DNA of 64,000 nucleotides from Mucilaginibacter sp. (GTDB lineage Bacteria; Bacteroidota; Bacteroidia; Sphingobacteriales; Sphingobacteriaceae): assembly GCF_039921305.1 (NCBI RefSeq), contig NZ_JBDSCA010000061.1, forward strand, positions 11,153 to 75,152, given 5' to 3'. The notes beneath the pieces are model-generated. The model did no database searches. It saw only the letters and a list, made by a program, of their open reading frames with translations, and had not been told where the DNA came from. Position numbers and translations under genes: made by a program. The number at the start of each line of letters is the position of its first letter. Position 1 is the stretch's first letter. This document shows, one piece after another, positions 60,704 through 64,000 of this stretch.

Positions 60704-60899
60704 TATACATTATGCACTATATTTCGACTATCATAAGCATCTGCTCTTAATGTTTAAAAAATAGCTGACAACTATTCAGCATGTTAAATAATTAAACACG
60801 GCCATTGGTATAAATAAGTGCTTTGGTAAGCATATTTGCACTATTTTTGATTTTGTGACAATGCACCAACACCCCATCAAACTTATTTATATAATTGTT

Positions 60900-60928
60900 G
60901 GGTTACCATTTGAAAATAAACGTATTAA
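60900..60928 (+). promoter_or_regulatory. Same promoter motif in front of the sigma gene (autoregulation)
   Basis: GGGTTACC 60900-60907, GTATTAA 60922-60928, spacer 14. Confidence 0.8.
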
Positions 60929-60931
60929 GTA

Positions 60932-61501
60932 GTGAATAATAATGTGAACAATCCGGCACCGGCAGATAACGAAGCTATTTTAGGCATCCTGAATAACTCG
61001 GAGGCCATGCTTAAACGGATTTATTTAGCATACTTCCCCATGGTACTCCAACTGGTTATCACCAATAATGGTAACGAAGACGATGCCAAGGACATTTACC
61101 AGGAAGCTATTATCGTTCTTTATAATAAGGTTAGGGCAGGCAATTTTGAACTAAGCAGCAAGCTTAAAACATTTATCTACTCTGTTTGTCGAAGGTTATG
61201 GCTCAAAAGGTTAACCCAACTGAGCCGTTACGGTGGCGACATTCACGACCTGCAGGAGTATTTACCCGTAGAAGAAGATATAGCCAACCACGAAGAGAAA
61301 GATATACAGTTCAACAAAATGACTGGTGCATTAGGTTTGTTAGGCGAACCCTGCAAAACCATTATTGAAGACTTTTATATAAACGACAGATCGATGCAGG
61401 AGATCTGCGAAAAATTTGGCTATACCAATGCGGATAATGCCAAAACACAAAAATACAAATGCCTGCAACGCTTAAAGAAACTATTCTTTCAGCAAAAATA
61501 A
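60932..61501 (+). CDS. ECF sigma-70 factor
   Basis: Region 2 DAKDIYQEAIIVLY..LKTFIYSVCRRLWLKRL; region 4 LGEPCKTIIEDFY..SMQEICEKFGYTNADNAKTQKYKCLQRLKK. Confidence 0.92.
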   Translation: MNNNVNNPAPADNEAILGILNNSEAMLKRIYLAYFPMVLQLVITNNGNEDDAKDIYQEAIIVLYNKVRAGNFELSSKLKTFIYSVCRRLWLKRLTQLSRYGGDIHDLQEYLPVEEDIANHEEKDIQFNKMTGALGLLGEPCKTIIEDFYINDRSMQEICEKFGYTNADNAKTQKYKCLQRLKKLFFQQK

Positions 61502-61514
61502 AAGGAGTAAAAAG

Positions 61515-62618
61515 ATGAGTGATATTGAATTAATGGCAGTAGTTGAACGGTACCTTAACGGCGAAATGAATGCCGATGAGCGTATCCGCTTTGAAATGCT
61601 TCGCCGCGAAAACGCCGAGGTTGATAATACAGTTAAAGAACACCAGGAATTTACCGGCCGCCTAAAACAATATGGCGAACGCCTGGCGTTCGAAAACTTA
61701 TTGAACGATATCCATAACGAAATTGATGTTCAGGCCCTGAAAGATGAGTTTGTACATCACCCATCATTAATAGTTCGTTTATGGAGAAACCACCACTCAA
61801 AAATATCTGTAGCGGCATCAATTACCATTTTCGCGGTTTTAGGTACTTTATTCCTTACGGGATATTTGAAAAGCCAGAAACAAGAGAATGATGTAATTTA
61901 CCTTAAGCACGAAATTGCCCAGGTTAAGCATAAAAACGATGTGATATCGCAGTCTATTAATACCTTAAATATACGGCCAAAACAAATGGCGCCATCAAAC
62001 TATCATGGCACCGGAACAGGTTTCGCTATATCTTCCGACGGTTACCTGGCAACTAATTTCCACGTAATAAACGGAGCCGATTCTGTATACATCCAAAACG
62101 CTGATGGTACTGCCTATCACGCCAAAATTGTATCTACCGATCCGGCAAATGATATCGCTATCCTAAAAATAACCGACCCATCTTTCAAATCATTTGGTGC
62201 ATTACCTTATGGGTTCAAAAGAAGTAAGTCAGATTTAGGCGAAGATGTATATACTTACGGTTACTCAAAAGATGATGGTTTTTATTCAAAAGGCTATATA
62301 AGTTCCGGTAATGGCTTTAAAGGTGATACCGTAAAATATCAACTCAGCATGGATGTTGACTTTGGTAACAGTGGTGGTCCGTTGTTAGATGCTAAAGGCA
62401 ATGTAATAGCCATTATAAGCAGTAAACAAGCCCATACCGATGGCGCCTTCGCTATCAAATCAAAATATTTATATAAAGCCATTCAGGCCATTGCTCCCGA
62501 TTCGTTAAGATCAGACAAAATTGTACTAAGCTCTAAAAGCAAGTTTGCCAACCTGGGCCGTACACAGCAATTGAATAAATTACAGAATTACGTATTCATG
62601 GTAAAGGTTTACAATTAA
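61515..62618 (+). CDS. Anti-sigma-like N-terminus + TM helix + trypsin-like (S1C) serine protease, no PDZ
   Basis: VERYLNGEM..ER..FE, TM ISVAASITIFAVLGTLFLTGYL, intact triad ATNFHV / NDIAIL / GNSGGP. Confidence 0.88.
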   Translation: MSDIELMAVVERYLNGEMNADERIRFEMLRRENAEVDNTVKEHQEFTGRLKQYGERLAFENLLNDIHNEIDVQALKDEFVHHPSLIVRLWRNHHSKISVAASITIFAVLGTLFLTGYLKSQKQENDVIYLKHEIAQVKHKNDVISQSINTLNIRPKQMAPSNYHGTGTGFAISSDGYLATNFHVINGADSVYIQNADGTAYHAKIVSTDPANDIAILKITDPSFKSFGALPYGFKRSKSDLGEDVYTYGYSKDDGFYSKGYISSGNGFKGDTVKYQLSMDVDFGNSGGPLLDAKGNVIAIISSKQAHTDGAFAIKSKYLYKAIQAIAPDSLRSDKIVLSSKSKFANLGRTQQLNKLQNYVFMVKVYN

Positions 62619-62637
62619 ACCAAACACATACTTTTAT

Positions 62638-62679
62638 AAACCAAAAAGGGATAGCAATTGTGCTATCCCTTTTTGGTTT
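62638..62679 (+). terminator. Intrinsic terminator of the sigma-protease operon
   Basis: 19-bp stem AAACCAAAAAGGGATAGCA / TGCTATCCCTTTTTGGTTT. Confidence 0.85.
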
Positions 62680-62779
62680 TAACGAAATTCCATTTTGTTA
62701 AATAATGTTAAGCCCTTAACCTTTCATCAAATTTTCATGTCTACCCAATAGTTTAGTATCAACAAAAACTTAAAACGCC

Positions 62780-62857
62780 ATGAAAAAACTATCCCGCCTA
62801 AATTACCTCATCATTCGTATTGGTTGCCCGCTGTTAGGTTTAAATCCTAAAAAGTAA
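62780..62857 (+). CDS. Candidate 25-aa small protein
   Basis: MKKLSRLNYLIIRIGCPLLGLNPKK; A-rich leader (AACAAAAACTTAAAACGCC) typical of Bacteroidetes starts; below the ORF-track cutoff. Confidence 0.35.
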   Translation: MKKLSRLNYLIIRIGCPLLGLNPKK

Positions 62858-62886
62858 TTGATTTTCACAATTTCAAACCTATCGCT

Positions 62887-63006
62887 ATGAATACCAACTT
62901 CGTCAACTTTTTAACCCGCTTGGGCGTATTTCTATCTATATTAATGATATTCGCTTTAATGCTTTGGTTATTTGTAGGCTCACGCATACACTACATGCCC
63001 TACTAA
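62887..63006 (+). CDS. Candidate 39-aa single-pass membrane protein
   Basis: MNTNFVNFLTRLGVFLSILMIFALMLWLFVGSRIHYMPY; one clear hydrophobic helix. Confidence 0.45.
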   Translation: MNTNFVNFLTRLGVFLSILMIFALMLWLFVGSRIHYMPY

Positions 63007-63012
63007 TAGTGA

Positions 63013-63597
63013 TCAGGATAAGTTCCTGTCTTTAAACCAAACCTCATCAGGCTCAGCGCTAAAGTTCTGCATCAGGCTAACCAACTCAGTAGCATCGCCC
63101 GATGTGAGTACAAGTTCTCTGTTAGTTGGCTTCAAAAACCGCTGCTCAACCATCACATCCATCTGTTTCAGCAAAAAATCGTAAAAGCCATTCACATTCA
63201 ATATCCCTATCGGCTTTTTATGCAGTCCCAATTGCAACCAGGTTAATACTTCAAAAAATTCTTCCAAAGTACCAAAACCACCAGGCAGGGTAATAATGCC
63301 ATCGCACAAATCATTCATTAGCTGCTTCCGCTGATGCATGTTTTCAACCACATGCATTTGGGTTAAACCCGTATGTCCAACCTCTTTATCCATCAAAAAA
63401 CTGGGGATAACGCCAATGGCTTTACCACCACGCTCCAAAACAGCATCGGCCATTAAACCCATCACGCCTACCTTACCTCCGCCAAATACAAGCGCAATAT
63501 CCCTGCTAACCATTACATCGGCCAATAGTTCAACAGCTTGTTTCAAATTAGGGTCGCCATTAAAATTGGCTCCGCAGAATACGCAAATAGATTTCAT
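63013..63597 (-). CDS. LOG family (TIGR00730) nucleotide phosphoribohydrolase
   Basis: ICVFCGA, LVFGGG.VG.MG, MHQRK, PGGFGTLEEFFE..TW.QLG.H.KP. Confidence 0.93.
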   Translation of the reverse strand: MKSICVFCGANFNGDPNLKQAVELLADVMVSRDIALVFGGGKVGVMGLMADAVLERGGKAIGVIPSFLMDKEVGHTGLTQMHVVENMHQRKQLMNDLCDGIITLPGGFGTLEEFFEVLTWLQLGLHKKPIGILNVNGFYDFLLKQMDVMVEQRFLKPTNRELVLTSGDATELVSLMQNFSAEPDEVWFKDRNLS

Positions 63598-63733
63598 TGG
63601 TTCACTTGTTCATTAGTTCATTGGTGCCTTCATAAAGAAAACAAATCTATTCTTCTTATCAAAATAATAACAAATAAAAGGCCCCACCAACAACAAGACC
63701 AATGAACCAATGGCAAATAAACTAATGAACCAC

Positions 63734-64000
63734 TTAATTCAGCGCCGGGTTCTCTGGAAAGTTAGCGATATGCGCATATTTATTCCCCAAACTTATCACC
63801 ACTTCCTTCCAAAGCGTTTCTTCGTTATGGTTAAATAAAATATCGGGATTAAACTTGTTGGCTACAATCCAGGTATCTTCGTCCAGTTCGCGGTCCAATT
63901 GGTCTTCACTCCATCCTGAGTATCCTACAAAAAAGCGGATCTCATCGTCGGTTAACTGATAATTATTAACCAACTCTTTCACCTGTTCAAAATCTCCGCC
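63734..64000 (-). CDS. YqgE/AlgH family protein, 5' end beyond window
   Basis: GGDFEQVKE..IRFFVGYSGWSEDQLDREL..W..PALN. Confidence 0.9.
   Translation of the reverse strand, partial: GGDFEQVKELVNNYQLTDDEIRFFVGYSGWSEDQLDRELDEDTWIVANKFNPDILFNHNEETLWKEVVISLGNKYAHIANFPENPALN

Noticed and set aside
1121-63616. The many 60-160 aa ORFs overlapping larger genes on the opposite strand or frame
   Set aside because: Fully nested in genes with clear family motifs and show no independent coding signal.
1-64000. tRNA, rRNA or riboswitch genes
   Set aside because: No cloverleaf, rRNA-like or recognisable riboswitch sequence seen by eye; tRNAscan-SE and Infernal would be needed to exclude them fully.

Overview
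Bacteroidetes DNA; gene families and TAnnTTTG-type promoters suggest Sphingobacteriaceae (Mucilaginibacter/Pedobacter-like; inference). Positions 1-37223 are accessory DNA lying downstream of mnmE. The last 18 bp of mnmE (FCIGK-stop) recur as synonymous variants at 10933-10950 and 4908-4925 with homologous flanking arms. These delimit at least two tandem mnmE-targeted integrated elements, with no integrase seen in the window: a ~26 kb element carrying a GntR-linked polysaccharide utilisation locus (GH3, SusC/D, GH88, heparinase II/III-type lyase, Tat-signal pyruvyltransferase-family protein, GH29, SGNH esterase, T9SS beta-helix protein, FAD oxidoreductase, solute symporter), and a ~6 kb element with a two-component system and outer-membrane receptor. 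Left of 4908 is an ECF sigma/FecR/SusC module cut by the window edge. Positions 37224-64000 are mostly core genes (mnmE, proS, murA, pyrC, udk etc.) with several REP-like repeat families, two copies of which now contribute coding sequence to a TIGR02757 gene. The most striking module is 59424-62618: four tiny paralogous lipoproteins packed with D-S/T-x O-glycosylation sequons, an ECF sigma factor and an anti-sigma-like/trypsin protease fusion. All four lipoprotein genes and the sigma gene are preceded by the same GGGTTACC-N14-GTATTAA promoter-like motif. No rRNA, tRNA or CRISPR array was seen. All calls are by eye; no database searches were run.
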